This document shows positions 48,925-61,959 of a stretch of 64,000 bases of DNA, piece by piece. The notes below the pieces were generated by a model. The model was not told the origin of the DNA. It saw nothing but the letters and a program-made list of their open reading frames with translations, and did no database searches. A program made the translations under genes and the position numbers. Each line of letters begins with the position of its first letter. The stretch's first letter is position 1. Source of the DNA: Hyphochytrium catenoides. Lineage: Eukaryota; Protista; Hyphochytriomycota. The stretch is from positions 62,001 to 126,000 of the forward strand of contig FLMG01000516.1 in assembly GCA_900088475.1 (NCBI GenBank). The letters run 5' to 3'.

Positions 48925-50029
48925 CTAGATTGTCTCCTTGAACCACGCCGGCGGATGAGGCGGTATGCGCACCAGGTCTGTGTCAAATAGCTCAATAAAC
49001 TGCTCGTTCTGGAGTCGGACCTTCGTACCCGCGTAGCGCCTATACTCCTCGAAGATGGATGAGAGATGCCATTGCTGGATCTTGCGGAGGCAGCCTACAA
49101 CGACGCCTACAGCAGATGACGAGTAAACAGTCGGTCTGCGATGTAAAGGCAAGGAGAACCCTGACAGGCCAGCCCTAAGCGGGATGTGGAGAGTTGGAAG
49201 CAACAACGAACACCATGACAGGGAAAGTATGAGCTAATACAAAGAAGTGATCAGAGTTGCGATGTCGAGAAAGAAGGGAATTGAAGAAGAGTCCGAGATG
49301 AAAGCAGAGCAAGAAGTGGCGTTGACTCTGACCGGTTCTATGGCGGCCTAGGTGGCAGCATATATATAGTGGATAGTTGGCCGGGTCGAGGATAATGTCC
49401 AGGGCCTCAAGAACAGTCTCCTCTGACAGGGGATTCCAGGATTTGCGCCTACTTTCCATGTTGTCGTCGCCGCCGAGGTTGATGATCTCAATGTCCTGCT
49501 CATCTACAAAGCTCTGACTATTGGGAATATATGGAGAGAGTCCGATAAGAAGAAGATCAGTAGAGAGTCCAGTGGGAGCAGGGAAATTTGCCAAGGCAAC
49601 AAGAGATCAGGCGCAGAAGATAGACTTAGCGATGTCGAGGTCTAGCGCGTCGAAGAAAAATAGCTGGAACTAAGTAGAGCCGCGAACGTCGGCACAGTCC
49701 ATACACTTCAAGCTCTAGCACGTCTACAGTCAACTGCAAGGACGAGGAGCAATAATAAAAGGCATTGCCTCCTGTTGTCTAGGACGAAGCGCTAGAACGT
49801 CTGAGACCAGAACTGTTTGAAAAAGGGGGCCAGTCTGCAAAAGAGAACGCTCCATACGTAAGGTCATAACCACTTACAATTGCGGATCAAGCTCATCCGG
49901 CTCCAGATAGATAATCTTTCGAAGATTGAGCCTCTCCAAGAAAGGAAAGTTGAGCTCATTGGAGAGTCCTGAGCGGTATAGATCCTCCTCAACCATCCCA
50001 TAGTTCACCGGCGGGATAAAGAAAACCAT
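48925..50029 (-). CDS. OCA1-like PFA-DSP (Siw14 family) phosphatase, 3 exons
   Basis: MVFFIPPVNYGMVEEDLYRSG...NFPFLERLNL; P-loop CCHLGRHRT|GVVVGCLRK; FEEYRRYAG...FIELFD. Confidence 0.93.
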
Positions 50030-50545
50030 GGTCTCTCCACGATTCGAAGGCGCAGACTCCTGATCTGACCCTTTGCAGCCCTAACTTCTGTCACCGCCGG
50101 GCACAGTCAGGCAAGTGATGGTCTGAACATGAAGTCCTAGCTCATCTCTGGAGTTCTGAGGGCCTCCAAGGTCAAAGAATTACTGCGCGAGCTCTTTTTA
50201 TGAACTTTTTGAGCTTTCAATCACCTCAAATGCTTCCTTCGCTGATGGAGATAATAATAGGGACCTTATAATTCATCTTACGGGCTTAAACGGTATTACT
50301 ACTGCTACCCTTTCGGTGTTGTGGTCTGCAAATCTTCAAAACTCATTTTTTTCTTTCTTATGAAAGGTTTGGAGGAGTGATGCAGATGCCAAGACAAGGC
50401 AAAGAAGTCAATCTCTAAGACCCCACAGGCGATAGAGTACTACTGGCAGCTACCGCCGGGAGGGGCATACGGAGGAAGAGATGCTGTGAATAGGTTGTTG
50501 AAAGGAGTTCGTGAACGTTTCCTCGCCTCAGAAAGGAAAGGAGAG

Positions 50546-53500
50546 ATGGAGCGCATATTGACCTCCATTAAGAGCCTGGACATCAACCCCAAAGCTTTGG
50601 ACGAGTTCAGGACGAGAACGTCATGGGGCGGGTTAAGTAAGATGCAATCTTTGGAGCGCTGAAGTCTGTCTTCCCTGTGGCCTCTGTCTCTCACGCTTCA
50701 AGTCCATGCTGGCTGTGAGCTTATGTCGTCGGCTCGCTCAAAAGCACTGTACCCTTTCTGTCTCCCTATGAACTTATTTTCGGGTATCTTAGCACACGCC
50801 TGACAGATTTCCCCTGCTTTTGACGCTTGTGCCCTGTAGTGTCGATCATCACCGCATGGATCATGGGCTTCCTCTTCATGTCAGAGCTCAAGTACTACTA
50901 TACTACGGTGAGTCCCTCACCGCTCATCGATTCCTGCCACCCGCAACGTCTTCTTCCTACTTCATGAGCGCTCCTTTCCTCTTGGTGTGGGCGTCCGCCT
51001 CTCTGTCCTCTCGCTTCATCGCACTTCTTGCTTTTTGCCTCACACCCGCACCTGATGCTCTATGGCATGCCACAAGCTAGTTAGTTATTCAATTACCTTC
51101 CTTAGCCAATTTCTCTCAACATTCTCTACCAGGCCTTTGTTGCTTTGCCGCTATCGTTCTTCCTGTTTCTGATGCATCTCTTCCGTGCTCTGTTGGCTCT
51201 GCGGCTCATAATCTCCTCTACTTCGTGGATGGTCTCTCTGATTGCTCTTCTGCACCCCTTGCAATTCACACTGCGGTGCCTCTGGTCCCTCTTCATTCTT
51301 TCTAGGAGAGGGTAGGACAGATGGTAGTAGATGGCACGCGCCAGGCGCGTGTCAGCGTGATGTTCGATGTAAGCTTTCCCAGGTACTTTTTAAAGGCATC
51401 CTTAAGCTACACCTCAGTGCTTCTCTTTCTTCTCGAAGCTATACATTTTGCTCATTTTCTTTTCGCATAACTGCCCTCTTTCTGGTGATCATTGTCTCGG
51501 GGGTCTCTTTTATCGAGTCTATGGCCCCTGGATGTGTCTCTGGCTCCCTTTGTCAACTGGTTTAAGTAGGTAGCTTATCCTCTATGTCTCTGTTAGCCTG
51601 GCTTGCGACTTTGTGGCGGTTGATACCATCGATGTCGCGGGCAACGTTGCGGTAAGCTCTCCTCCCGGTTACGTCAGAACCGTAGTATTGTACATTGACC
51701 GCTTCATCTCCATTGTTTCGCCCCAATCCAGAACAACTTTACCGAGAGCATTTTGTATAAGCAGTCCATAGACCCTCAAGGTAAAGGCTCTCTCAGCTAT
51801 TAGCCTCCATCCACTGCTCTTTATTGCTTATCTGTCACTCAATGGCTGTTGAGTTTGCTTTGATCTCTGGAAAACCTGTCAAAGTTCATCTCGCCGACAC
51901 TTAGATATTTAACATGTGCGTGATAGGAAACCCGATTGGAGAGCGCATCCGAATGGACGTAAGTGACAATGAAGCTTTGGTGATCTTGTTCTGTTCTAAT
52001 CGCGTTATCTTCTCCACCTCACCGCATCTTCTATCTCTCTTTTTGGATGAATGTTTGTCCCCGGCTTCTCTTGTACCTCACACCTCTTTTGCTGCTTCCC
52101 CGTCATATGTTGTCCAGTTACCTTCGACCATACTTTCTAACTTGATCATTGCCGGCGATAGGCTGGTGGTACATTGAGAGAGGAGGAACACGTTAAAGAT
52201 ATGTTGGCCGAAATGTAAGCTATGAGGGTTCTCGGCATCTCTGCCTTCAGCCATTGTTACACCATTACCCTTTCTCTCTTCATTCCTCTCACTTGACTCT
52301 TTAAGCAGCCAACGTTAGTAGCTAAGAGCCTGATCTCTGTCCTGCAGCACTAAGACTGAGCAGAAAGAGCCCACGGACAAGTCTATCTGTCTCTCCTGCT
52401 ATGGAGCCAAATCTGAGGATGAGGTAAGGTTACTTGGATTGACGAAATGAACGGCTGCCTCTGGAACTAGTTCTCCCTTCCCTCATAAGTTGTCTCAGCT
52501 AACCTACTTAGCTCAAAATTTTTGTCCGCCTAATGTTCTTCCGTTCACTCTTTCTTCCACAGTGCTGCAACACATGCCAGGCCCTGCTTTTCGCATATCG
52601 GCTAAAAGGCTGGTCAACAGATAGTCTCCACTTATCGCCGCAGGTAATCGTAAGAGGTTACAACCGTCCTTACCTGACTCACATGTCAGCTTTACTGCTT
52701 GTTTGTCGCCCTAACTTGCATCTGAGCACGCTCTGTCATCTTCAGTGTAATACCGAGAAGCTGCTTCGTATTGCCAATCACGCAAACGAGGGATGTAACA
52801 TCACTGGGATGCTTGTCGTTGATAAGGTTAGCTCTCCCGCTGTTGATCACTCCTTGCTCAAGGAGCTTACCGATTGACACAATATTCTTATCTTTGTGGA
52901 AGCTGCCTGTCTTACCTTCCTCAGTCCTAGTGCTCCACAATATATTTGTAGCGCGGCTAGGACACTAACGACTCTCTGCTTGCACGTCGTTATGTCATAC
53001 ATGGGCTTTTACTATGAAGGTTGCAGGTCGGATACATTTTGGTCCTGGTATGGATGTGGATGAGACAGCGTTCAAATACGGCGAAGTACTAGAGTTCATG
53101 TTTGAAGGCTTTAACAGCTCCCACAGATTCAACTATCTCGCCTTCGGACAAGTATTAGAGGTAAAAGACCTTCCTCAACTCCTCCTATGTCTTGCATCTA
53201 CTCTGGTGGATACGAATGTGGTTCCCTTCCATGTCGCACCTTACATCCCTTCGTTTTCTTCTTGGGACCATGTTCACCTGGACTTCCTTCCCGATCTACT
53301 TCTTCTGTGTCCTAAGCAGGAGGATATGGTTAATCCATTAGATGGAGTGGAGAGGATAGTCCCCAACGGTACCCACGGCATCTTCCAGTACTATTTGAAG
53401 GTAACTGGTGCTCCTTAATGGTGTGGCTAGTCCTGGGTGAGCTTTTCTTATTTATGCGCTTCCCCGTTCACGCTCTTGCAGGTCGTTCCTACGCAGTACA

Positions 53501-54128
53501 CCCGGTTAGACGGCCAGAGGATGCTAACGAACCAGTACTCAGTCACCGAGCACTTTAGAGTCACGGGACCGGAGTCAGGAAGAGGGCTGCCTGGTGAGTC
53601 TTACTTGAATCTAGAGGGCTGATACTGGGAAATAGATTGACACGAGAGCCAAAGCAGAACACATAAAGCTGTGGAGTCAGTAAAGTGCGAAACAAACGGC
53701 TCCCTCCAAAGCATCAGCAACCTGAGGGTCCACGACAAGGAGAGTAGGAATCGAGAGGAGGAGGAGGAGGAGGGCAAGTGTCCAGTAACAAGTAGTGCTG
53801 GGATTATGTGGCAATGGCCAACTTGTCTGTCCAACGATTGACATATGCTCTTTAGGTCTGCTCTTAAATTATGAGTTCTCCCCGATCGCTTACTACGTGG
53901 AAGAGAGACGAAAGGGCTTCCTCCAGTTCTTAACTAGCGTCTGCGCCATAGTGGGAGGAGTCTTCACGGTACGGAAGAGCGTCAGTACCTGGTTTTCCTA
54001 TCCTCTCCTTCTCATTGATTTTTGATTTTTTCCAGGTGATGGGCATTTTGGATCGCCTGTTAGAAGGAACAGTGATGAAGGCGGGCAGAAGAGGGTCTGC
54101 CAAGCACCAGACGTTGCATGCGAAGTAG
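50546..54128 (+). CDS. ER-Golgi intermediate compartment protein, ERGIC3/ERV46 family, many short exons
   Basis: KSLDINPK...RTSWGG, TM1, LACDFVAVD, CLSCYGA, CCNTC, EGCNITG, VAGRIHF, FNSSH, FQYYLKVVPT, TNQYSVTEH, YEFSPI, FLTSVCAIVGGVFTV. Confidence 0.93.
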
Positions 54129-54951
54129 TGACTTCCACGGTTTGCTTTGTTATTAGTTACAACCTAGAGGCGTTTGGTCTCTATGAGGCAATATCGCTTC
54201 TCTATCAGAATAGACTTTGGCAGTACCATGTTAGAGTTCAAGTCCTCATCCCTTAGCCTTAGTAAAGGCTGCTGCCACCGTGTCATATCTATCTCAAGAC
54301 TCTGGGGCTATCCCCTTCCAGCTCATTCGTTCACTTTGGGGCCTTCCTCGTAGCTTCGCCTCATAGAATAAACATCAGCTGGGCCACTTTCAGTGACTCA
54401 CAGCCCAGGAAGTTTGTACCTGTTACTGGGGCGATGCTGTGGACAGTCCGGCAATCCCTCTTCAGCAGCACGGGACAACGCTGTTTTGAACCTTTATCAT
54501 GTCTCGCTAGATAAGCGTTCACCGCTCTTTGGACGTGATTCTCACAGGTGTGAGTGCCCATAAACCTCTTCTGAACAGGTCTCTACTATCTTTCGTTAGC
54601 ATGTCGACTGTGCTATTGTTTTGGAGGAAAGAGACAGTGGGTGACCATCTGTCCGTTTACTCTTCCATGATGTCTGCTTTATACTTAGTCTTATTGAGAG
54701 ATAGCAGCTGATGGCAACATGTCAGCGAAGCTCTTACACTCCTTCCCTTCGAAGAAAATCTTGGAGGATGATCATAGTTCATAGTGCACCGTTTGCTCGT
54801 CTCTTCTATCTCTCCTTTGGATCTTCCCTTACTTGATATCAGCCGCCTTCTCAGGCTCAGATGTGAATGTTTTGCCTATAACTCTTTCCGTAGTAGTATA
54901 ACCATTACACATAGACCTGGCACCTACTCTTCCTCATGCACCGCCCTTCCC

Positions 54952-55480
54952 TCATAAGCTATGAGCGGTCAACAGCCAATATGATGGATAGTACAGACAA
55001 GGCGTGGGTGAGAGTGAATGGATCTTCAAACAGAGAGGAGATAGATTTGGTACTGTCACGCTGTCACTGCCAGTTCGATCTTTCCCTTCCCCATCTTCTT
55101 CTTCCCCTTTCCTCGGAGAGTTATTCTTCACATCAGCGCTCATCCTTACTACTTGTACTACTTCCAGAGGGTTGCGGTGTCGGGCCAGCAACTGCCACCC
55201 TTCCTCCTCTCTCCTCAAGGTGCTTGCAAGCTTGAGAACCAAGCCTTATGCTTGTCTCCAAGCAGCAGAGATGTTGAAGAACGACCGTTCCCTGCGAACA
55301 GTCTCCTACGGCTCCTGGGTAACACCGAGAAACGAGTACAGCGGCCGAGGGAGCAGCAAGGATAACAAAGAGTCTAAGAGAGAAGCCTCAACTGCTTCTC
55401 CAGCCTCCTTCCTCATCACCTCCTCCAAGTCGCAGAGGGAAGAAACCTCATCAGGAACTCTTCGATCGAGGTAGATCTTT
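54952..55480 (-). pseudogene. Possible decayed coding frame with two premature stops
   Basis: One frame (KIYLDRRVPDEV...LLPRPLYSFLGVTQEP*...AWRQA*GLVLKL...) runs about 175 codons with only one TAG and one TAA. No family assigned. Confidence 0.25.
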
Positions 55481-55697
55481 TCCCTTCATCATCAGAGTGG
55501 GAGGAGGAAAAGAGAAGAGACACCCTGAAAGTGCAGCTTTGTAGCCCGGCTCTCTCTGTGCAGATGGTGTCAAGAGGAGAGAGATGTGATGCTAGCTGGT
55601 CAAAAGAGGAGAGAGGCGCCTCCAGGGTAGGAACATGAGAAGAAGCTTGATGGAAGGATGGGTAGGAGGAACACGAGCGGACATAAGAAATGATCGA

Positions 55698-55935
55698 GCC
55701 TCTCTCTCTCTTTCTCTCTCTCTCTTTTTGTCTCTCTCTCTCTCTATCACTCTCTCTCTTTCCCTCTATCTGTTTCTCTTTTCGTCTCTCTCTCTTTCTC
55801 TCTTCTCTCACTCTTTTCTTTGTCTCTCTCTCTCTTTGTCTCTCTCTTTCTTTCTCTCTCTTTCTCTTCTCCTTCACTCTCGCCTTTTTTTCTCTCTCTC
55901 TCTCTTCTCTCTCATCCTCTTTTCTCTCTCCCTCC
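55698..55935. repeat. Imperfect (CT)n tract
   Basis: Seen directly in the sequence. Confidence 0.95.
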
Positions 55936-57698
55936 CTTCAGGATTCAAAAGTGTGTCACATTTTATAAAAGCCGTTAGCGGTCAAAAGATCGCACCGCCT
56001 AACTAAAAGAGGAGGAAAGAAGGCGGCTGGGGATCTGCCTTTTTTTAATCTTTGCTCCATCATTATTGATGGGGGAACAAAAGATCTGATGACCCTCTGG
56101 CCGCTTGTCCTGCACTTTCTTCAGGAGAGCGATACTCTTATTGTCCACCGGGAGACGCACACACACTAGAGAGAGAGAGAGAAGGGCGTCGAGACAGAGA
56201 GGAGGTTTAAAGACTGGACTAAGATACTGAGAGAGAGAGACAGAGTGAGGATATGATGTGACTGTCTGGTCAGAGAAAGGCTGTACGTAAACCTAACGTT
56301 TGTTAAGGCGAATCTTTTTCTCTCCTCTTTCCTCGTTTTGCCTCTGTGAGAGCCACTTGTAACTTCCAAAACATAGAATAGGCGTGTAGGCCAACGGCTG
56401 ACACCTCTGGAACCTTATAGACTCTTAGACAAAAAGAGGGCGGATGGGCGAGTCGGAAATACAACACCTAACAATGGAGAGAAGCTCTTGTCTTGCACGT
56501 CCTTGTGGGGGTTTGAAATTTGTGCAGGATTATAGGGAACCTTTTGGTGTAGTTTCGCCTCTATTCTTTAAAAACTTTGGCTGTGTGGGTTTGTCTCGAC
56601 ATCTGTGATCTTTTTGACTAATCCTTATAGATAATACCCCTAATATCATGTCTCTGCCAGGGAAACACCCAGTGAAAGAGAGAGTGAGTTTGGGACTTGA
56701 TGTTCCGTATCATTTTGCCTTCCTCCCCCCACCCAACGTCACGCTGTCTCTCTCGCCCCTTCAAGGACTTTCTTCAGCACGTTTGTAGCGCTTGGGACGA
56801 AGGATGGTTGCGGGTTGGAAATAAAGCTGTTGTTAGACTTTTCGGTAGTGTTAATGTTCCGCCTTGCAGAGCGGAAAAAGAGACATACAGAGCGAAACAC
56901 GTCAAGGATTTTTTTACTCCCCAGTGATTTTAGAATGAGAGAGAGCTGTACTGTATTTCCGCCCCCAATTCGCCCTGTCCCTCATTTCCGCTTGGGTGTT
57001 TTACTTCCTCTACGGAGTATATTTTTCCTTGTCTTCTGGACCCCCATCGCGCTCAAGAGCTTTTTGGTCCCTGATTTTGGGTGCTGTCAGATGTGAGAGA
57101 GGAGGAGGAGGGAAGGGAGGAAAGAAGGACTAGTGAGGCAAAAAGATTGTTTGGACTGTGAATTTGGGCGATTGAGATAGAGAAATAGACCTTTTGTTAT
57201 GGGGATGAAAGCGGCGAAAATAGGCCGCAAAGCTGAGCGAAATTCATTAGGTCCAGCAAAAATGAAGCTCGTCAACCGTGCAATTTCAGAGATTTTTGAT
57301 CGCGCATTGCAGAGACTGGACGTTGAGATTGCGGAGAGGGCGTAACAGAGACTTGCAGACAGCTTGTACTGCTCCATCAAGGGCCCTAACTCTATCAGTA
57401 GCGAAAAAGACGAGATTTACTTGTGTCGTACACTTAATACCGGCAAGTTGGTCTATAGAAAGAGGTTGTTCGGACGACACCAACAAAGTGCTTCAGACTG
57501 CTGAGCTTTGGCAAGACCTTCCAAACTGAGAAATAAGAGCTGTCGAAGTACTTCCGCTGCGAAGGGACGGTCTTTGGTCTCACATTGAGCTGATCACTGA
57601 GAAGACATCTCAGGACTTAGAAAAAGCCTCCATTATACTGCACTAAACCTTGGCTTGCGTGGATTAGACTGGACTAGTAGCCTCCAACTACCCGCATA

Positions 57699-58790
57699 AT
57701 GAGCCAACACGCTGGTTACTGGGAGTATTCAATACCTTCGTACGGTACTCATGTTATGCAACCGCCTCCAATGATGGGACCCCATCGGTACCATGAGGGA
57801 TATGTTCCAATGACAGACGCCTACAGGATGGTCATTCCGCCTCCTCCACCGCCTCCTCCTCTTGCAGCGCCAGCGTCCTTCCGCTTGTCCTCACTGCTCA
57901 ATAACGACGAAGCCATGGAAAATAGGGCGAGCATTGGAAGTCGTAAATCCCTCTCATCAGGGGATGAGCGTGGTCTGAAATCAGGGAAGATTCGGAAGTT
58001 TGGTGAGGAGGGTGACGCTCTCACTCAAGCTAAAGCCGACACACAACGCGACGTCGAGGGTGTACCCAAGAAGAGGAAAATGAAAAAAGAAAAAGTTGAG
58101 AAGGAGCCTTCGGTAGCTTCTGGAGCATCTTCATCTGACGAAAGAGACCAGCAGCTTGAAGAAGAAAAGGGTTCGGGTGCTGTTCGGGACGGCCGATGGA
58201 GGCCCGACGAGCACCAGCGCTTTCTTAAAGGTTTTGCAGAGTTTGGAAATCAATGGAAGAGAGTACAGCAGGTAGTCGGGACTAGGACGGTCACGCAGGT
58301 CAGGACACACGCTCAGAAGCACCTGCTCAAGCTGCAGAAGCTTCAGCGAACAGATACAGACAGGGATGATGGTAGGGGAGGTTTCGATTCATCCTCTTCC
58401 GAGTTCGTGGATGCACACAAGGGATCACATCAGCAGCAAGTAGACCAAATCAAGAAGAAGAGCAAACACTCCACAGAAGTCGCAACACACTCCGTATCAA
58501 GACCATCCGAGCTCTCAGATGCAGAAAGAGAGCTCATTGCGGCGCAAGCTCTGTGTGGCTTGCTAAATGCGTCCTTTGATGCTAGTTCTCTAGGCAAGTC
58601 ACTCAAGAAGACAACAAAGAGTAAAGACGCCTCATCGTCTTCTCCTCTGACCTCCAAGAAAAATATCAAGCAATACGTCTGCCGCGCTTGCGGACTTCCC
58701 AAGAAAGGACACAATTGTACTGTCTCTAGCCAAGCCGGAGAGGCAATGGAGAACAGCGCAGATGAGTCCGGTCCCGCCACCAGTGGGTAA
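57699..58790 (+). CDS. Single-repeat MYB transcription factor, SHAQKYF class, with a C-terminal CxxC-H-C motif; intronless
   Basis: GRWRPDEHQRFLKG...WKRVQQVVGTRTVTQVRTHAQKH; NLS-like PKKRKMKK; YVCRACGLPKKGHNC. Confidence 0.93.
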   Translation: MSQHAGYWEYSIPSYGTHVMQPPPMMGPHRYHEGYVPMTDAYRMVIPPPPPPPPLAAPASFRLSSLLNNDEAMENRASIGSRKSLSSGDERGLKSGKIRKFGEEGDALTQAKADTQRDVEGVPKKRKMKKEKVEKEPSVASGASSSDERDQQLEEEKGSGAVRDGRWRPDEHQRFLKGFAEFGNQWKRVQQVVGTRTVTQVRTHAQKHLLKLQKLQRTDTDRDDGRGGFDSSSSEFVDAHKGSHQQQVDQIKKKSKHSTEVATHSVSRPSELSDAERELIAAQALCGLLNASFDASSLGKSLKKTTKSKDASSSSPLTSKKNIKQYVCRACGLPKKGHNCTVSSQAGEAMENSADESGPATSG

Positions 58791-59765
58791 GCGAGCAGGT
58801 ACTCTCATCATCTCTTCTTCCAGCTTGTCGTGGAGCACTTCCCTCGTTGAGCTACTATCTATCTTCTTGTACACTAGTGCGCTGTAAGGGCGACGGGGCA
58901 ACGATACGTCAGGCAGAGGAATCCAAACTTAGAAAAGAGAAGTGAAGATAAGGAGCTCTGTTTTCTTACTAGGCAGTCAATGTACAGTAGCTTCCTGTGC
59001 TCTAGCGCCTACCTTTCTCCCCCGCATATATATACTACATATAAAGCTATTATTGCCTCTCAGACAACCAGTCTCCATTCTTATCAACCTTAGACAATGA
59101 AATGGTGAGCGATACTGCTCAGTATTCACAGCCTCTTCTTTACGTTAAGCATCCCTTTCCTCTCCGAGAGTAAATATTGACCGCCACCAAAACCGAACCA
59201 TGGCAGCATCTTCATGCTACTTTGAGGTCGTGGAAGCATAAAGTAAACGAGGCTCCTCAGGCACCGTGCAATGGGGCGCGATTTCTAACTGAAGATTGAG
59301 TGGCAAGGCAAGGCGCAGGTCCTACTCCGGGGTCGTGAAGCCAGGTTGAGCGGGTTATGTATAAGCTTGTGGGGTTCCTGACGTGAGCCCCACACCCACG
59401 GGTGCCAATGGTTCTGCCTGAATTAGCCTGGACAAAGCATCTACTCCTTGTCTAGAGCACTACGGGGCCTGCAGCCTTGGTACATTTGAGGTTAGACCGT
59501 CTTACTCTTACATTGGTGGACTAGGAGCACGGCTGGAGCTCCCTGTGTATGACGGTGTTAGACTTCATATAATAAATTTAAGTGCTTCTTAGGAAGCCCG
59601 TCCACAACGTCTCAAGAAAGGGAGCAGTATAGCGAATCAAAGACCTGGCAAGACGCGATGCAGGATTGGCGTCCCAATCTCGCAGTGCTCTGATGGTCAC
59701 TTTTAAGGTGTGAAGCAAAGGTCAAAGAACGCTCCATCCTACAATAAATAAACACTAGGACTACG

Positions 59766-61631
59766 CTATTCCAGCTCCTCCTGCTGTGCTGCTTCTTCAG
59801 TATCCAAAGGAATACCTCTCCAGGAAAGGTTAAGGAAGCAGGAAGCTACCTCTGCCCCATCACGGCTCACGGTGGGATCTTGGATCTTGAGCCAGAAAGG
59901 GAAGATGGGCCAGGAAAGGTGAGCATAGTATGAGTAACTAAAAGTAGGAAAGGAAAGTAACGACGAGAGGTAGCGTGAAAAGACTTCGTTATGAAGCAAC
60001 AAAGATAGCGAGAGCTCAGGACATGGATGACGATGGACGAAGGAGGATGATGGACGAAGGCGGTTGAATGCCGGCGTACCGTAAAGGCAAATTCCTCCTG
60101 ACGCTTTTCAGACCGTTGAATGAGCGCTTCAATGGAGCTTAAGTCTTCCAGAGCTTCTTCATTCGACGGGAACTTCTCTAAGAACTGAACAAGAGGAGGG
60201 TTGGGTATAGAAATCGTAGAGCTGGTAAAATTTTCAGAACTTAACGATAAGTTCAAACGCGCCTCCTCCTTCCTCCTAAACATAAGGCAAGAGATGACGC
60301 TCATACCTTGGTAAGGCTGTCCTTTGCTTTCCTGAATTCTCCAAAATTGAGCTGTGCTCTGGCTAGGGTCAGATAACCCTCAAACCAGTCGGGAGAAAGC
60401 TCCAAAGCTCTCTCTGCTGTCTACAGAATTGGGGCATTCGACAGGTCCACATGAGATCAGGATGGAAAGGTATAGGCCAACAACAAGGAAATGCAGCAGA
60501 CTAGGAGAGAGCCTTCATTAATGCAGTACTCCATACACTCTACGGCAAGAGGTAAATTTTGCAACGAAGAAAGAGAACTGCGAGAAAGATAGAGACATGC
60601 TAGTGAGGTTGAAGCTGAGTTAGACAGGCAACAAAGAGAGAGACAGAGACAGGGAGACACAGTGAGAAAGAGGTTTATAGACAGCCAGTGAGAAGATGCA
60701 CGGCGAGTGGACCAAGACAACTAGCAGTCATACACGGAAAGAGAGACCAGCCCACAAAGGAAGACGAAGCAACAACAAGAACAGAGATTGAGGGTAACAA
60801 CACACAGTGTGGATCCGGAAGAATTGAAATTGAGTCAGTTCATCCTAGCGGATAGAAAGGAAGACAAAGTAACAATCAGCCAGCCTCAAGAGTAGCATTG
60901 CGCTACACTGATGTTGTCGCTCCTCTGACCTTGATGGCCTTGAAGTACTCGCCCAAGTGTGAGAAGGCCTGTGACTGTAGGTCATAGAGCAAGTGATTGT
61001 CGGGCTGAAGTTGGGAGGCCTCCAGCCATCGAGCCAGAGCAGCGCGGAATCTTCCTAAAACGGTAGAGAAGGACGGCAAGGGATTAGAATGAAGGCGTCA
61101 GCATGGCATCAATCAGTTATGAACCAAAGACAGTTTGGGAAATAGGGCAAGGGAGAGGAGCAATGACTTGCGACGAAGAGAAGCCAGGGTAAGGGAAGAG
61201 GAAGAGCCTGTGTTGACCTCTCGTCTGTAGGTGAGGGGACTTAGAACAATCACATAAAAGCAGCAGGTGCGAGAGAGAGAGAGAGAGAGAGAAGATGGTT
61301 GTTCTTAACATAGGTTGCGCTGTGACCAAAAAGCTCTCTATACCTCCTTCCGCTAGGGTGTTGCCCTCGGCCTTAAGTCTAACTGCCTTTGTTGCAGCAT
61401 CTTCAAGCAGACTAACAGCTGCTTTTCGCCTTGGCGCAGCTAGCGCACCGTCCTCTGAAAGATAGTTGTCCTCGTCGTCTGTTGAGATCGCACCGTTTAG
61501 TCCGCGTCCTGCTTTATCATTCTAGCCCCTTTCTAGTCAGGACGCCGCTCACCTTCGTTTTCATCGCTTTCGCCAGTCTCTAGTCGCCTCCGCTTCTTTC
61601 TGAAGGCAAAGGATACGGACGCGCGGGACAT
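59766..61631 (-). CDS. TPR protein, TTC33-like, about 6 exons
   Basis: Spliced product MSRASVSFAFRKKRR...LLEDAATKAVRLKAEGNTLAEG|GRFRAALARW...LYDLQSQA...|TAERALELSPDWFEGYLTLARAQLNFGE...EDL. Confidence 0.82.
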
Positions 61632-61959
61632 ATCCTTTGCTCTTGGCTAGCCTTGCTTCTGTGCTCCGCTTACCCTTGTTCGCCCTTGATTGTCATACCT
61701 CACCAGGAAGGCCAGGCTCTGTTCCCTTTCTGTTCCCTTTCCGTCATTGTATTGACCTTCCTTGGATCCGCGGCTGCTAAGCTACTTGCTCCGCCGCTCC
61801 TGGGCGTCTGGGGCCAGCCCCGATGAGCTCCCCGAAGATGAGAAATGATGAGGAAGAAGAGTTCTGAGCTCCACTCCGGGGGGAGATCTGGCGCTTGCAA
61901 TAAGAAGACGAAGCGGCAGGGAGAATCAGAAGAAAAGAAAGATCTCATCCTCATCGTCC

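Noticed and set aside
54952-55480. In-frame TAG/TAA suggesting stop-codon reassignment
   Set aside because: Well-supported genes in the window terminate with TAG, TAA and TGA at the expected C-termini, so the standard code applies.
55416-56006. ORFs rich in ER/RE or SL/LS dipeptides (also at ~20.6, 25.5, 35.9 and 62 kb)
   Set aside because: Translation artefacts of (AG)n/(CT)n tracts.
59260-59280. CATTGCAC (U1A-loop-like) on the minus strand
   Set aside because: No ACTTACCTG 5' end, no U2 branch-pairing region and no Sm-site context.
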